DNA of 56,147 nucleotides from assembly GCA_949528465.1 (NCBI GenBank), contig CATIMP010000007.1:1-56147 (forward strand). Reading direction: 5' to 3'. Shown here one piece after another: positions 10,459 through 19,620 of this stretch (position 1 is the stretch's first letter; each line of letters begins with the position of its first letter). A program made the position numbers and the translations under genes. The notes under the pieces were generated by a model that did not search any database, was not told the DNA's origin, and saw only the letters and a list, made by a program, of their open reading frames with translations. Source of the stretch: Bacteroidota bacterium (GTDB lineage Bacteria; Bacteroidota; Bacteroidia; Flavobacteriales; Flavobacteriaceae).

Positions 10459-12336
10459 TTACTTTATCATATCAAAGCTACGTTTGATAAAGGCGGTTAG
10501 TTCTTCTCCTTTAAGTAGCGATTGCGATAAACGTGCTAAATCTAACGATTGCTTTATCAAGCGTTCTTGCTTCTTTTTGGTTTTGGTTTCCAAAATTTGT
10601 GACACCAACGGATGATTTACATTTACAACTAATTGATACATTTCGGGAAAACCACCACCAAACATACCGCCGCCGCCAGTTTGCTGCATTTCTTTCATCC
10701 GACGCATAAACTCCGGCTGCGTAATCATAAAGGGTGCTGCTTCGCTGTCCATAGCTTCTAATTGAACCGTGTATTTTTCTTTTGGTACAACTCCTTCAAT
10801 TAGGGGTTTAAGCGTTTCTTTTTCGTCGTCACTTAGTTTGGAAAGTTGTGGTTCGTCTTTAGCAATCAGCTTGTCTATATGATCCGCATCTACGCGTACA
10901 AAACCTAACTTGTCGTCTTCTTGCTCTAATTTTTGCAACAAATGCCCCACAATTGGTGAGTCTAACAACAACACCGTATAGCCTTTGTCTTTGGCAGCCT
11001 GAATGTACGCGTGTTGCTCCTCAGCATTTGCGGCATATAACTGTATTAGCTTTTCGTCTTTGTCTGTCTGCGCTTCTTTGGTTTGTTCTTTAAGCTCGTC
11101 TAAGGTCAAGAATGTTCCGTCTGTAGTAGGGAAGAGGTTGAATTTTTTTGCTTTGTCGTAGAATTTTTCTTCAGAAAGCATTCCATATTCAATTACCATT
11201 TTGATGTCGTTCCACTTTTGTTCTAAGTTTTCACGCTCATTTTTAAATATGGATTGCAATTTATCCGCTACTTTTTTAGTAATATAATTGCTGATTTTCT
11301 TCACTGCACCGTCTGCCTGGAGGTAACTTCTAGATACGTTTAATGGAATATCTGGTGAATCAATAACACCACGCAACATGGTCAAAAACTCAGGTACAAT
11401 ACCTTCTACGTTGTCTGTTACAAACACTTGATTTTGATAGAGTTGAATGCGGTCTTTTTGAATATTGAGATCGTTATTCAACTTGGGGAAATACAAAATT
11501 CCTGTCAGCGCAAATGGATAATCCACGTTAAGGTGAATATGAAATAATGGCTCTTCAAACTGCATCGGATAGAGCTCGCGGTAAAACGATGTATAATTTT
11601 CGTCTTTTAACTCACTTGGCTTTTTTGTCCAGGCTGGAGTTGGATTATTGATAATATCATCTACCGTTTCTTTAATCTCCTTTTTATCATCGCCTTCGCC
11701 TTCTTCGTGTGTTTCTTCACGTGTTCCAAATTTGATTGGAATTGGCATAAACTTGTTGTACTTCGTTAGTAGTTCACGAATGCGCGTTTCTTCTAAGAAT
11801 TCATCCGAATCGCTGTCGATATGTAAAATGATTTCTGTTCCACGTGCTGTTTTGTCATGTTCTACAAGGGTGTATTCAGGAGAACCGTCACAAGTCCAAT
11901 GCGCAGCAGGTGCATCTTTGTGAGATTTTGTTATGATTTCCACTTTTTCCGAAACCATAAATGCAGAATAAAATCCTAGACCAAAATGCCCGATAATCCC
12001 GCTATCTTTCGCACTGTCTTTGTATTGATTGATAAACTCCTCCGCACCCGAAAATGCCAACTCATTAATGTACTTGTTGACTTCTTCCATAGTCATCCCC
12101 AAACCTTGATCGGTTACATGGAGCGTCCGATTATCTTTATCAATTTTTATTTCAATTTGTGGATTGTCGTATGTCACATTTGCCTCACCAATATTGGCAA
12201 GATGCTTTAGTTTAAGCGTAGCGTCTGTTGCATTTGAAACCAACTCACGCAAGAAAATTTCGTGATCACTATAAAGGAATTTTTTAATCAGTGGAAAAAT
12301 ATTTTCAACCGCAACATTTATTTTACCTGAAGCCAT
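10459..12336 (-). CDS. htpG: Molecular chaperone HtpG (Hsp90)
   Basis: 625 aa. N-terminal GHKL ATPase motifs ELVSNATDA and GHFGLGFYS. Confidence 0.97.
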   Translation of the reverse strand: MASGKINVAVENIFPLIKKFLYSDHEIFLRELVSNATDATLKLKHLANIGEANVTYDNPQIEIKIDKDNRTLHVTDQGLGMTMEEVNKYINELAFSGAEEFINQYKDSAKDSGIIGHFGLGFYSAFMVSEKVEIITKSHKDAPAAHWTCDGSPEYTLVEHDKTARGTEIILHIDSDSDEFLEETRIRELLTKYNKFMPIPIKFGTREETHEEGEGDDKKEIKETVDDIINNPTPAWTKKPSELKDENYTSFYRELYPMQFEEPLFHIHLNVDYPFALTGILYFPKLNNDLNIQKDRIQLYQNQVFVTDNVEGIVPEFLTMLRGVIDSPDIPLNVSRSYLQADGAVKKISNYITKKVADKLQSIFKNERENLEQKWNDIKMVIEYGMLSEEKFYDKAKKFNLFPTTDGTFLTLDELKEQTKEAQTDKDEKLIQLYAANAEEQHAYIQAAKDKGYTVLLLDSPIVGHLLQKLEQEDDKLGFVRVDADHIDKLIAKDEPQLSKLSDDEKETLKPLIEGVVPKEKYTVQLEAMDSEAAPFMITQPEFMRRMKEMQQTGGGGMFGGGFPEMYQLVVNVNHPLVSQILETKTKKKQERLIKQSLDLARLSQSLLKGEELTAFIKRSFDMIK

Positions 12337-12443
12337 AATTATTTTGTTTCCTAATTTAAACCAATAAAAGTACCAAAATTAATATGCTGACATGATGACA
12401 CTTATTTTTTGTTTAAATAATTTGTTTTTTTGTTAAACATTTT

Positions 12444-12451
12444 TATATTTG
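12444..12451 (+). promoter_or_regulatory. Orphan Bacteroidota -7 box TATATTTG, with TTTG 19 nt upstream at 12421-12424
   Basis: Exact TAnnTTTG match with a TTTG at -33-like spacing. No annotated gene begins immediately downstream. Confidence 0.45.
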
Positions 12452-12455
12452 TGGA

Positions 12456-12591
12456 GTAATCAATCAACAAAATTGACACAGGGAAATTTGCTATGAAATC
12501 TCTATTGATTACACAACACTCCTTTATTGGTTTGTTTATTTTGGTTAAGTTGTTCGAAGGTGCATCGTGGTTGTTGCACCTTCTTTTTTTT
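12456..12591 (+). ncRNA. Candidate small RNA or fabH leader transcript (about 135 nt)
   Basis: Bounded by the orphan promoter and a strong plus-strand terminator. Contains a 9-bp long-range pairing (12456-12464 gtaatcaat with 12504-12512 attgattac). I do not recognise a family. Confidence 0.3.
12556..12591 (+). terminator. Orphan intrinsic terminator (plus strand only)
   Basis: gaaggtgca-N10-tgcaccttc followed by T8. The upstream gene (htpG) is on the other strand and divergent, so this cannot terminate it. Confidence 0.7.
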
Positions 12592-12600
12592 CTCCCATTT

Positions 12601-12608
12601 TAATTTTG
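12601..12608 (+). promoter_or_regulatory. -7 box TAATTTTG upstream of fabH
   Basis: TAnnTTTG match 27 nt before ATG 12636. Confidence 0.4.
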
Positions 12609-12635
12609 TTTATTGTACCTCTAATTTCATTAAAT

Positions 12636-13643
12636 ATGTACAGCTCTCGAATTGCCGGTTTAGGTCACTATGTTCCTGACAACATTGTCACCAATGACGA
12701 TTTGTCCAAATTCATGGACACCAACGATGAATGGATAAACGAAAGAACAGGAATAAAGGAACGCCGGTTAATTAAAAAAGATTCAGGCGAAGGTACCACA
12801 ACCATGGGCGTAAAAGCTGCTGAAATGGCGCTGGAACGTGCAGCAATCACTAAAGATGATATTGATCTTGTTGTTTTTGCCACGCTTAGTCCTGACTTGT
12901 ATTTTCCAGGTTCGGGCGTGTTGTTACAAGATCAAATGGGCATGGGAACATGTCCAGCATTAGACATTCGTAATCAGTGCTCAGGATTTATTTATGGACT
13001 TTCTGTTGCAGATCAATTTATTAGAACGGGCATGTATAAAAACGTGTTATTGGTTGGTTCCGAATACCATTCTGGCGGTATGGATTTTACCACTCGTGGT
13101 CGTACAGTTTCGGTTATTTTTGGTGATGGTGCTGGGGCGGCTGTGCTTACTCGTGAAGAAGATACTTCAAAAGGAATTCAATCTACACACTTATATTCAG
13201 AAGGGAAATACGCAGAAGAATTGGCAATTATTGGACCAAGTACCAAGCGCTGGATTCCAGAAATTGTTTCCGATTATGACGAAAATGACATGCGTTACCA
13301 CCCCTATATGAACGGTCAGCTGGTGTTTAAGAATGCGGTTGTTCGCTTTAGTGAAGTGATTCAAGAGGCGTTACAGAAAAATGGTAAAAACACTAATGAT
13401 ATTGATTTGTTTATACCACATCAAGCTAACTTACGTATTGCACAATTTGTACAGAAAAAGTTTAGCCTTCGTGACGATCAGGTTTACAATAATATCATGC
13501 GTTATGGAAATACTACAGCTGCATCTATTCCTATTGCACTTTCTGAGGCATGGGGCGAGGGCAAAATTAAAAAAGACGATACCGTCTTATTAGCTGCTTT
13601 TGGTAGTGGGTTCACCTGGGGAAGCGCTCTCATACATTGGTAA
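12636..13643 (+). CDS. fabH: 3-oxoacyl-ACP synthase III (KAS III)
   Basis: Cys-His-Asn triad contexts NQCSGF, IPHQANLRI and GNTTAASIP. C-terminus GSGFTWGSALIHW. Start moved to ATG 12636 (MYSSRIAGLGHYVP), because the ORF-track extension covers the terminator. Confidence 0.9.
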   Translation: MYSSRIAGLGHYVPDNIVTNDDLSKFMDTNDEWINERTGIKERRLIKKDSGEGTTTMGVKAAEMALERAAITKDDIDLVVFATLSPDLYFPGSGVLLQDQMGMGTCPALDIRNQCSGFIYGLSVADQFIRTGMYKNVLLVGSEYHSGGMDFTTRGRTVSVIFGDGAGAAVLTREEDTSKGIQSTHLYSEGKYAEELAIIGPSTKRWIPEIVSDYDENDMRYHPYMNGQLVFKNAVVRFSEVIQEALQKNGKNTNDIDLFIPHQANLRIAQFVQKKFSLRDDQVYNNIMRYGNTTAASIPIALSEAWGEGKIKKDDTVLLAAFGSGFTWGSALIHW

Positions 13644-15074
13644 TCCAGTCCCTGACAACCAAAGAAATAATACTGAAAGCGCACCATTGAGTGCTAACAC
13701 AAAAAAGCCAAAATCGAAACCTAAGTGTGTTTTGAAAAGCGTCGCTATGCCAAAGGTTAGTGCTGGAGTAGCTATACATATGATGGGTGCATAAGTATCG
13801 CGTACTGCACGTTTCGAAAAAATACCCAATAGGAATAGTCCGAGGAGCGGACCGTAAGTGTAACCTGCAAACAATAGCAATTGTGCGATAACACTTTCAT
13901 TTTTAATGACGTAATAAAAAAGTAACATGCAGCACCAAAGTGCAAACGCCATTGAGATGTGCATAACTTTACGCTGTTTTATGCCATTCTCACCATCTTC
14001 TATTTCCCATAAATCAATACTCGCGCTTGTGGCAAGCGATGTCATTGAACTGTCGGCGCTGCTAAATGCCGCTGCAATTAGCCCAAACACAAAAGTATAA
14101 GCAAATATTTTACCCAACCCCGACTGCGTTGCAACCATAGGAAATAAGTTGTCTCCAGATACCGTGAGTCCACTTACTTGAGCGTAAGCACTAAGCAGTA
14201 CACCCAACACTAAAAACAAAAGCGTTACAACAACGAGGGCAATAGTAAACCAGAACATGTTTTTTTGTGCGTCGCGTAATGAATGACAACTCAGATTTTT
14301 TTGCATCATTTCTTGATCAAGACCTGTCATGGCAAACGAAATGAGTGCGCCTGCAAAAAATTGCTTAATAAAATGTTGACTGCTGTTCCAATCGCCCCAA
14401 AAAAATATTTGTGTTGTAGGTTGTGCTTGCCACCACGTCCCTATGGTTGCTGCATCCAACTGTAGGGCCTCCACCAACACATAAATACCTACAAATAGCG
14501 CAATTAGCATACAAGTGGTTTGTACCGTGTCGGTGTAAATAATTGTTTTAATACCTGTTTTTTGTGTATAGAGCCAAATACCAATAATCGTGACAGCAGC
14601 ACTTGCCCAAAATGGAACATCAAGCGCATCCAAAGCAATCCAATGCAATACTTTTAGCACAAGAAACATGCGGAAACTAGTTCCTGTTAGTCGAGATAAA
14701 ATAAAAAAAGAAGCTCCTGTTTTGTAAGTCCTTACCCCAAATCGATGACGCAAATAACTATAAATACTAATCACGTTCCATTTATAATAAAGCGGTAACA
14801 AAATAGTTCCAATGAATAAATACCCCAGTGCGTATCCCAACACCATTTGCACATATCCAAGTTGCGTTGTGGCTACCCAACCCGGAACAGAAACAAACGT
14901 TAGCCCGGAAAGCGATGCGCCAATCATGCCAAAGGCAACTAAATACCAGGGTGCTTTTTTGTTTGCAGCAAAAAAAGTAGCGTTGGTGTTACTATTCCCT
15001 ACCCATTTTGAAATGCTATATAGCACCCCAAAATACACCAACAAACAAAGCCCTAACGCTTGAGCGGACATCAA
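13590..15074 (-). CDS. Sodium:solute symporter family transporter
   Basis: 494 aa, polytopic throughout, SSF-like sequence. Its 3' end overlaps the fabH 3' end by 54 nt. Confidence 0.85.
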   Translation of the reverse strand: MMSAQALGLCLLVYFGVLYSISKWVGNSNTNATFFAANKKAPWYLVAFGMIGASLSGLTFVSVPGWVATTQLGYVQMVLGYALGYLFIGTILLPLYYKWNVISIYSYLRHRFGVRTYKTGASFFILSRLTGTSFRMFLVLKVLHWIALDALDVPFWASAAVTIIGIWLYTQKTGIKTIIYTDTVQTTCMLIALFVGIYVLVEALQLDAATIGTWWQAQPTTQIFFWGDWNSSQHFIKQFFAGALISFAMTGLDQEMMQKNLSCHSLRDAQKNMFWFTIALVVVTLLFLVLGVLLSAYAQVSGLTVSGDNLFPMVATQSGLGKIFAYTFVFGLIAAAFSSADSSMTSLATSASIDLWEIEDGENGIKQRKVMHISMAFALWCCMLLFYYVIKNESVIAQLLLFAGYTYGPLLGLFLLGIFSKRAVRDTYAPIICIATPALTFGIATLFKTHLGFDFGFFVLALNGALSVLFLWLSGTGLPMYESASPGEPTTKSS

Positions 15075-15120
15075 TTTTTTTTGTAAATATAGTGTTGGTG
15101 TAGCTTTTAGTGAAATAGTG

Positions 15121-15128
15121 TATTTTTG
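15121..15128 (+). promoter_or_regulatory. -7 box TATTTTTG, 3 nt before the recR ATG
   Basis: Exact TAnnTTTG. ATG at 15132. Confidence 0.5.
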
Positions 15129-15131
15129 AGC

Positions 15132-15749
15132 ATGGATTTTCCGTCGTCTTTAGTGCAGAAAGCAGTAGATGAAATTGCACAACTTCCAGGCATTGGTCGG
15201 CGTTCTGCTCTTCGTTTGGTATTGCATTTGTTGCGTCAACCCAAAGATTTTAGTGAGAGACTTTCAAGTGCTATCGCAACATTGCGCCAACAAATACGTT
15301 ATTGTACTACATGTCACAATATATCAGATGCGGAAGAGTGTAGTATTTGCGCAAACCCGATTCGCAACAAAGAGGTGTTGTGTGTGGTAGAAGATGTACG
15401 AGATGTTATGGCAATAGAAGCAACGGGACAATTTAAAGGTAGATATCATGTGTTGGGTGGAAAAATTGCACCTATGGATGGAATTGGTCCGCAGCAACTC
15501 ACCATTGATGCGCTTGTTGAGCGCGTGAAAAATGAAGAAATTAAAGAAATAATTTTCGCACTTGGAAGCACCATGGAAGGCGATACTACAAACTACTACA
15601 TATTTAAAAAGCTAAGTAAGTTTCCATTGGTTTTTTCTGCTATTTCTCGCGGAATTGGTGTTGGAGATGAATTGGAATATGCCGATGAGCTTACACTTGG
15701 GCGCAGCATCAGTCAGCGGATTCCTTTTGAAATATCTATGAAAAACTAA
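15132..15749 (+). CDS. recR: Recombination protein RecR
   Basis: HhH motif [12 protein letters not shown], Cys4 zinc finger CTTCHN...CSIC, and a Toprim region. The ORF-track start at 15126 is TTG. I prefer ATG 15132. Confidence 0.93.
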   Translation: MDFPSSLVQKAVDEIAQLPGIGRRSALRLVLHLLRQPKDFSERLSSAIATLRQQIRYCTTCHNISDAEECSICANPIRNKEVLCVVEDVRDVMAIEATGQFKGRYHVLGGKIAPMDGIGPQQLTIDALVERVKNEEIKEIIFALGSTMEGDTTNYYIFKKLSKFPLVFSAISRGIGVGDELEYADELTLGRSISQRIPFEISMKN

Positions 15750-15751
15750 GT

Positions 15752-16891
15752 ATGAAGTTATCTATAGTTATCCTAAACTATAACGTAAAGTATTTTATCG
15801 ATTTGTGCCTGCAAAGTGTTTTAGCGGCGACTAAAAATATCGATGCAGAAATTATCGTTGTTGACAATGCATCTGTTGATGGTAGTGTGACTTGGATCGC
15901 ATCCCAGTTCCCAAAAGTAACACTGATTCAAAATAACGAAAACTTAGGATTTCCAAAAGGAAACAATATTGGCGTACAACAAGCAAAAGGAGAGTATCTG
16001 TGTATCTTAAATCCAGATACAGTAGTAGCAGAAGATACGTTTGTCAAAGCCTTAGGTTTTATGGAACAGAATGAGCAACTCGCCATTATGGGGCCAAAAC
16101 TCATTGACGGATCTGGTCGTTTTTTAAAAGAATCCAAAAGAGGCATCCCAACTCCATGGGTGGCATTTACCAAAGTTTTGGGACTATACAAACTCTTTCC
16201 AAAACTCTTTGGCGAATACTATAATTTAAAATTACCTAAAAATAAAGCAGGTGAGACGGATATTTTGGTGGGTGCTTATATGTTTATGAAAACAGCGCAT
16301 TATCGAACGCTTAATGGCTTTGATGAAGCATGTTTTATGTATTCTGACGACATTGATTTGAGCTATCGCTCCTTGCAACTTGGAAAACCAAATTTTTACA
16401 ACCCCGATATAAATATCATACACTTTAAAGGAGAAAGTACGCCAAAAGATTTTGCCTATCAAATGATGTTTAGAGAAGCTATGAATTATTTTTACAACAA
16501 GCATTTTCATGTGTCTAATCTGGTCAAAATATGGATCAAACTTGCTACGAATGTGTTTAGTTTTTTAAAGCGCTTTATAGCATCCTCTCCAGTGGCTAAT
16601 AAAACACAACCAAGTCGCTATTGGTTAATTTCCAAAGAATTAAATCTTGAAATTGGCGTAAATAAGAATATTCCTTTTGTGCATACTGACCATTGGGATG
16701 ATTTGATTAGATACAGAAATACAGGAACCGAACTTATTTTAGATCCAGATACCATTTCATTTAAAGCGATTATTGAATTTATGAGTGAAAATGGCAATGG
16801 ATTTTCTTACAAGATTTTAAGTTCAGATAAAAATCATGCTGTAGGAAGTAATTCTAGTAATGCTAAAGGCGAAGTGCTTGTAATGTCTTAG
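15752..16891 (+). CDS. Glycosyltransferase family 2
   Basis: N-terminal LSIVILNYN...VVDNASVDGS...NLGFPKGNN and a DxD-type region, typical of GT2. Confidence 0.85.
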   Translation: MKLSIVILNYNVKYFIDLCLQSVLAATKNIDAEIIVVDNASVDGSVTWIASQFPKVTLIQNNENLGFPKGNNIGVQQAKGEYLCILNPDTVVAEDTFVKALGFMEQNEQLAIMGPKLIDGSGRFLKESKRGIPTPWVAFTKVLGLYKLFPKLFGEYYNLKLPKNKAGETDILVGAYMFMKTAHYRTLNGFDEACFMYSDDIDLSYRSLQLGKPNFYNPDINIIHFKGESTPKDFAYQMMFREAMNYFYNKHFHVSNLVKIWIKLATNVFSFLKRFIASSPVANKTQPSRYWLISKELNLEIGVNKNIPFVHTDHWDDLIRYRNTGTELILDPDTISFKAIIEFMSENGNGFSYKILSSDKNHAVGSNSSNAKGEVLVMS

Positions 16892-16911
16892 CGCAAGCCG
16901 TGATTTATTCG

Positions 16912-16919
16912 TACTTTTG
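16912..16919 (+). promoter_or_regulatory. -7 box TACTTTTG upstream of the single-lipoyl E2 gene
   Basis: Exact TAnnTTTG 13 nt before ATG 16933. Confidence 0.45.
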
Positions 16920-16932
16920 AAAAAAAATTGAA

Positions 16933-18237
16933 ATGCCCATTTATCAGCTTGTATTGCCCGCTATGGGTGAGAGTGTTTCAGAAGCAACCGTTACGCAATG
17001 GTTGAAAAAGGAAGGTGATGCTGTTGTCGCTGACGATGCTGTAGTTGAAGTTGCAACCGATAAGGTAGATTCTGAGGTTGCGAGTGAGTATAGCGGAGTT
17101 ATTAAAGAAATTTTACATCCTGTAAATGCTGTTGTTGCCGTAGATGCCCCTTTGGCACTTATCGAAACCGATGAAGTAATTCCGCAACAAACCATAGTAG
17201 AAACAACGCCAAAAGTTGAAACTCCTGTGATTGAAAAGGCAAGCGAAACAGCAGAAAGCTATATGGAGCAAGCACAAGAATTAGTAGCTCCTGCGGCACA
17301 ATCTACCACTGAAGATTCTCGTTTTTATTCACCATTAGTAAAAAATATTGCCAAGCTAGAAAATATTTTAGAAGCTGAGCTGGCAACTATTTCTGGCACA
17401 GGAAAAGATGGTCGTGTGACTAAGCGTGATATTTTAGCATATGTCCAAAACAGAAAAACACCGCAAATACCAACACCACCAACTGCTGTCAAAACACCCA
17501 TTGCTACTCCGCCAATTGCAAGAGGCGTTGAAGATGCTATAGTTCCTATGACACGCATGGAACAAATGATTTCGGAGCACATGACGCGAAGTCTTCAAAC
17601 ATCAGCACACGTGCAGTCTTTTATAGAAATTGATGTAACCAAACTGTGGAAGTGGCGTGAAAAAGTAAAGCAAGATTTTGTGAAACAGCACGGAGTGAAA
17701 CTTACATTTACCCCAATATTTTTTCAGCTTGTAGCACAAATTTTACCCGAGTTCCCACTGCTAAATAGTTCCTTAGACGGCACAGATATTATCAAGAAAA
17801 AAGATATTAATTTGGGTATGGCTACCGCCTTACCCGATGGAAATCTCATCGTTCCGGTTATCAAACAAGCCGATTCGCTTAACCTTGTTGGGTTGGCAAA
17901 AAAGGTACATGAACTCGCTTCCAATGCCAGAACCAATGCGTTAAATCCCGATGATGTTCAAGGCGGAACGTATACCATTACCAACGTGGGGATGTTTGGT
18001 AGTTTGACAGGAACGCCAATTATTAATCAACCACAGGTTGCCATTCTTGCCCTTGGTGCAATTCGAAAAGTACCCGCTGTATTGGAAACCGAACACGGCG
18101 ATGTAATTGCGGTGCGTCACCAAATGGTGGTGTCACACAGTTATGACCACCGTATCATAAATGGAGCTATGGGGGGTATGTTTTTACTTCGTCTAAAAGA
18201 GCGTATCGAGAATTGGGACAACACGCAAAAACTGTAA
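16933..18237 (+). CDS. 2-oxoacid dehydrogenase E2 component (dihydrolipoamide acyltransferase, single lipoyl domain)
   Basis: Lipoyl motif VATDKV, an E3-binding domain (SPLVKNIA...GTGKDGRVTKRDI), and catalytic DHRIINGA. No E1 gene is adjacent. Confidence 0.9.
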   Translation: MPIYQLVLPAMGESVSEATVTQWLKKEGDAVVADDAVVEVATDKVDSEVASEYSGVIKEILHPVNAVVAVDAPLALIETDEVIPQQTIVETTPKVETPVIEKASETAESYMEQAQELVAPAAQSTTEDSRFYSPLVKNIAKLENILEAELATISGTGKDGRVTKRDILAYVQNRKTPQIPTPPTAVKTPIATPPIARGVEDAIVPMTRMEQMISEHMTRSLQTSAHVQSFIEIDVTKLWKWREKVKQDFVKQHGVKLTFTPIFFQLVAQILPEFPLLNSSLDGTDIIKKKDINLGMATALPDGNLIVPVIKQADSLNLVGLAKKVHELASNARTNALNPDDVQGGTYTITNVGMFGSLTGTPIINQPQVAILALGAIRKVPAVLETEHGDVIAVRHQMVVSHSYDHRIINGAMGGMFLLRLKERIENWDNTQKL

Positions 18238-18238
18238 T

Positions 18239-19012
18239 ATGGAACTTTCATTAACCCGTCCACTATGTTTTTTCGATTTGGAAACCACAGGAGTAAATGT
18301 GGCAAAAGATCGCATTGTAGAAATTTCTATTTTAAAGGTTTTTCCGAACGGAAATAAAGAAGCAAAAACGTGGTTGGTAAATCCTGAAATGCCCATTCCG
18401 CCACAAACTACAGCCGTACACGGCATAACAGATGAAAAAGTTGCCAATGAGCCTACTTTTAAGCAATTGAGCAAGCAGGTTAACGATATGATTAAAGGCT
18501 CCGATTTGGCAGGATTTAATTCAGATCGATTTGATATTCCACTATTGGCAGAGGAAATGCTTCGCGCAGGAATTGATGTGGATTTTAAAAAGCAACTCAC
18601 CGTAGATGTGCAAACTATTTTTCACAAAATGGAAAAGCGAAACCTTACTGCAGCCTACTCATTTTATTGTGGTAAAAATTTAGAAAATGCACACAGTGCA
18701 GCAGCTGATACCACAGCAACCTATGAGGTGCTTAAGGCACAAATTGAAAAATACGACGAATTAGAAAATGATGTTGTGAAGTTGAGTGCCTTTTCTACAA
18801 GACGTAAAAGTATTGACTTTGCAGGTTTTATTCTTGCAGATGATGCGGGCGAACCAACGTTTAGTTTTGGAAAGCACAAAGGAAAAAAAGTAGTGGATGT
18901 ATTACAACGCGAACCGGGATATTTTAGTTGGTTGTTAGATGCAGATTTTCCGCTTTATACTAAAAAAGTGCTGACTGCCATTCGATTGGAAACTTTGAAC
19001 ACCAATTCATGA
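18239..19012 (+). CDS. DEDDh 3'-5' exonuclease (DnaQ/epsilon-like) with a C-terminal extension
   Basis: FFDLETTG (Exo I), NSDRFD (Exo II-like) and HSAAADT (Exo III). Confidence 0.85.
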   Translation: MELSLTRPLCFFDLETTGVNVAKDRIVEISILKVFPNGNKEAKTWLVNPEMPIPPQTTAVHGITDEKVANEPTFKQLSKQVNDMIKGSDLAGFNSDRFDIPLLAEEMLRAGIDVDFKKQLTVDVQTIFHKMEKRNLTAAYSFYCGKNLENAHSAAADTTATYEVLKAQIEKYDELENDVVKLSAFSTRRKSIDFAGFILADDAGEPTFSFGKHKGKKVVDVLQREPGYFSWLLDADFPLYTKKVLTAIRLETLNTNS

Positions 19013-19620
19013 AGATCATTTGCATTGGCAGAAATTACGCAGATCATACAGATGAATTGCAAAATGCTCGCCCAGATGAGCCTGTGATTTTTATCAAGCC
19101 TGATACCGCCATAGCACAATCCAATCTTCCGTTTTTTATTCCCGAATTTTCCAATAATATTCACCATGAGGTAGAAGTTTTGGTTAAAATCAATAGAATT
19201 GGAAAACATATTCAATCCAAATTTGCGCATAAATATTACAATGAAATTGGTTTAGGGATTGATTTTACTGCACGTGACCTGCAACAAAAGCTTAAATCTA
19301 AGGGGTTACCGTGGGAAAAAGCAAAAGCCTTTGATGGCTCGGCCGTAGTAGGAAAGTGGTTTGATAAATCGACATTTGGCGATTTGTCGACTATTCCTTT
19401 CGCTCTTTATAAAAATGGGAAAGTGGTACAAAAAGCCGACACCAGTTTAATGCTTTGGAACATTGATGAAATCATTGCACACGTATCCCAATTCTTTACT
19501 TTAAAAATCGGAGATGTTTTGTTTACGGGAACACCCGCTGGTGTAAGTGCTGTGGAGAAAAATGACAAATTAGAAGGATTTATTAATGAACAAAAAGCGT
19601 TTTCGGTAACGGTAAAATAA
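19009..19620 (+). CDS. Fumarylacetoacetate hydrolase (FAH) family protein
   Basis: 203 aa, KIICIGRNY...HHEVEL-type...TGTPAGV pattern. ATGA overlap with the upstream gene. Confidence 0.85.
   Translation: MKIICIGRNYADHTDELQNARPDEPVIFIKPDTAIAQSNLPFFIPEFSNNIHHEVEVLVKINRIGKHIQSKFAHKYYNEIGLGIDFTARDLQQKLKSKGLPWEKAKAFDGSAVVGKWFDKSTFGDLSTIPFALYKNGKVVQKADTSLMLWNIDEIIAHVSQFFTLKIGDVLFTGTPAGVSAVEKNDKLEGFINEQKAFSVTVK

Noticed and set aside
12493-12603. 36-codon ORF (MKSLLITQHSFIGLFILVKLFEGASWLLHLLFFLPF) as a small membrane protein gene
   Set aside because: The ORF runs through the intrinsic terminator hairpin and T-tract, and its stop lies beyond them. A terminated transcript would lack a stop codon. I treat the region as RNA or leader, but a read-through-dependent peptide is not excluded.
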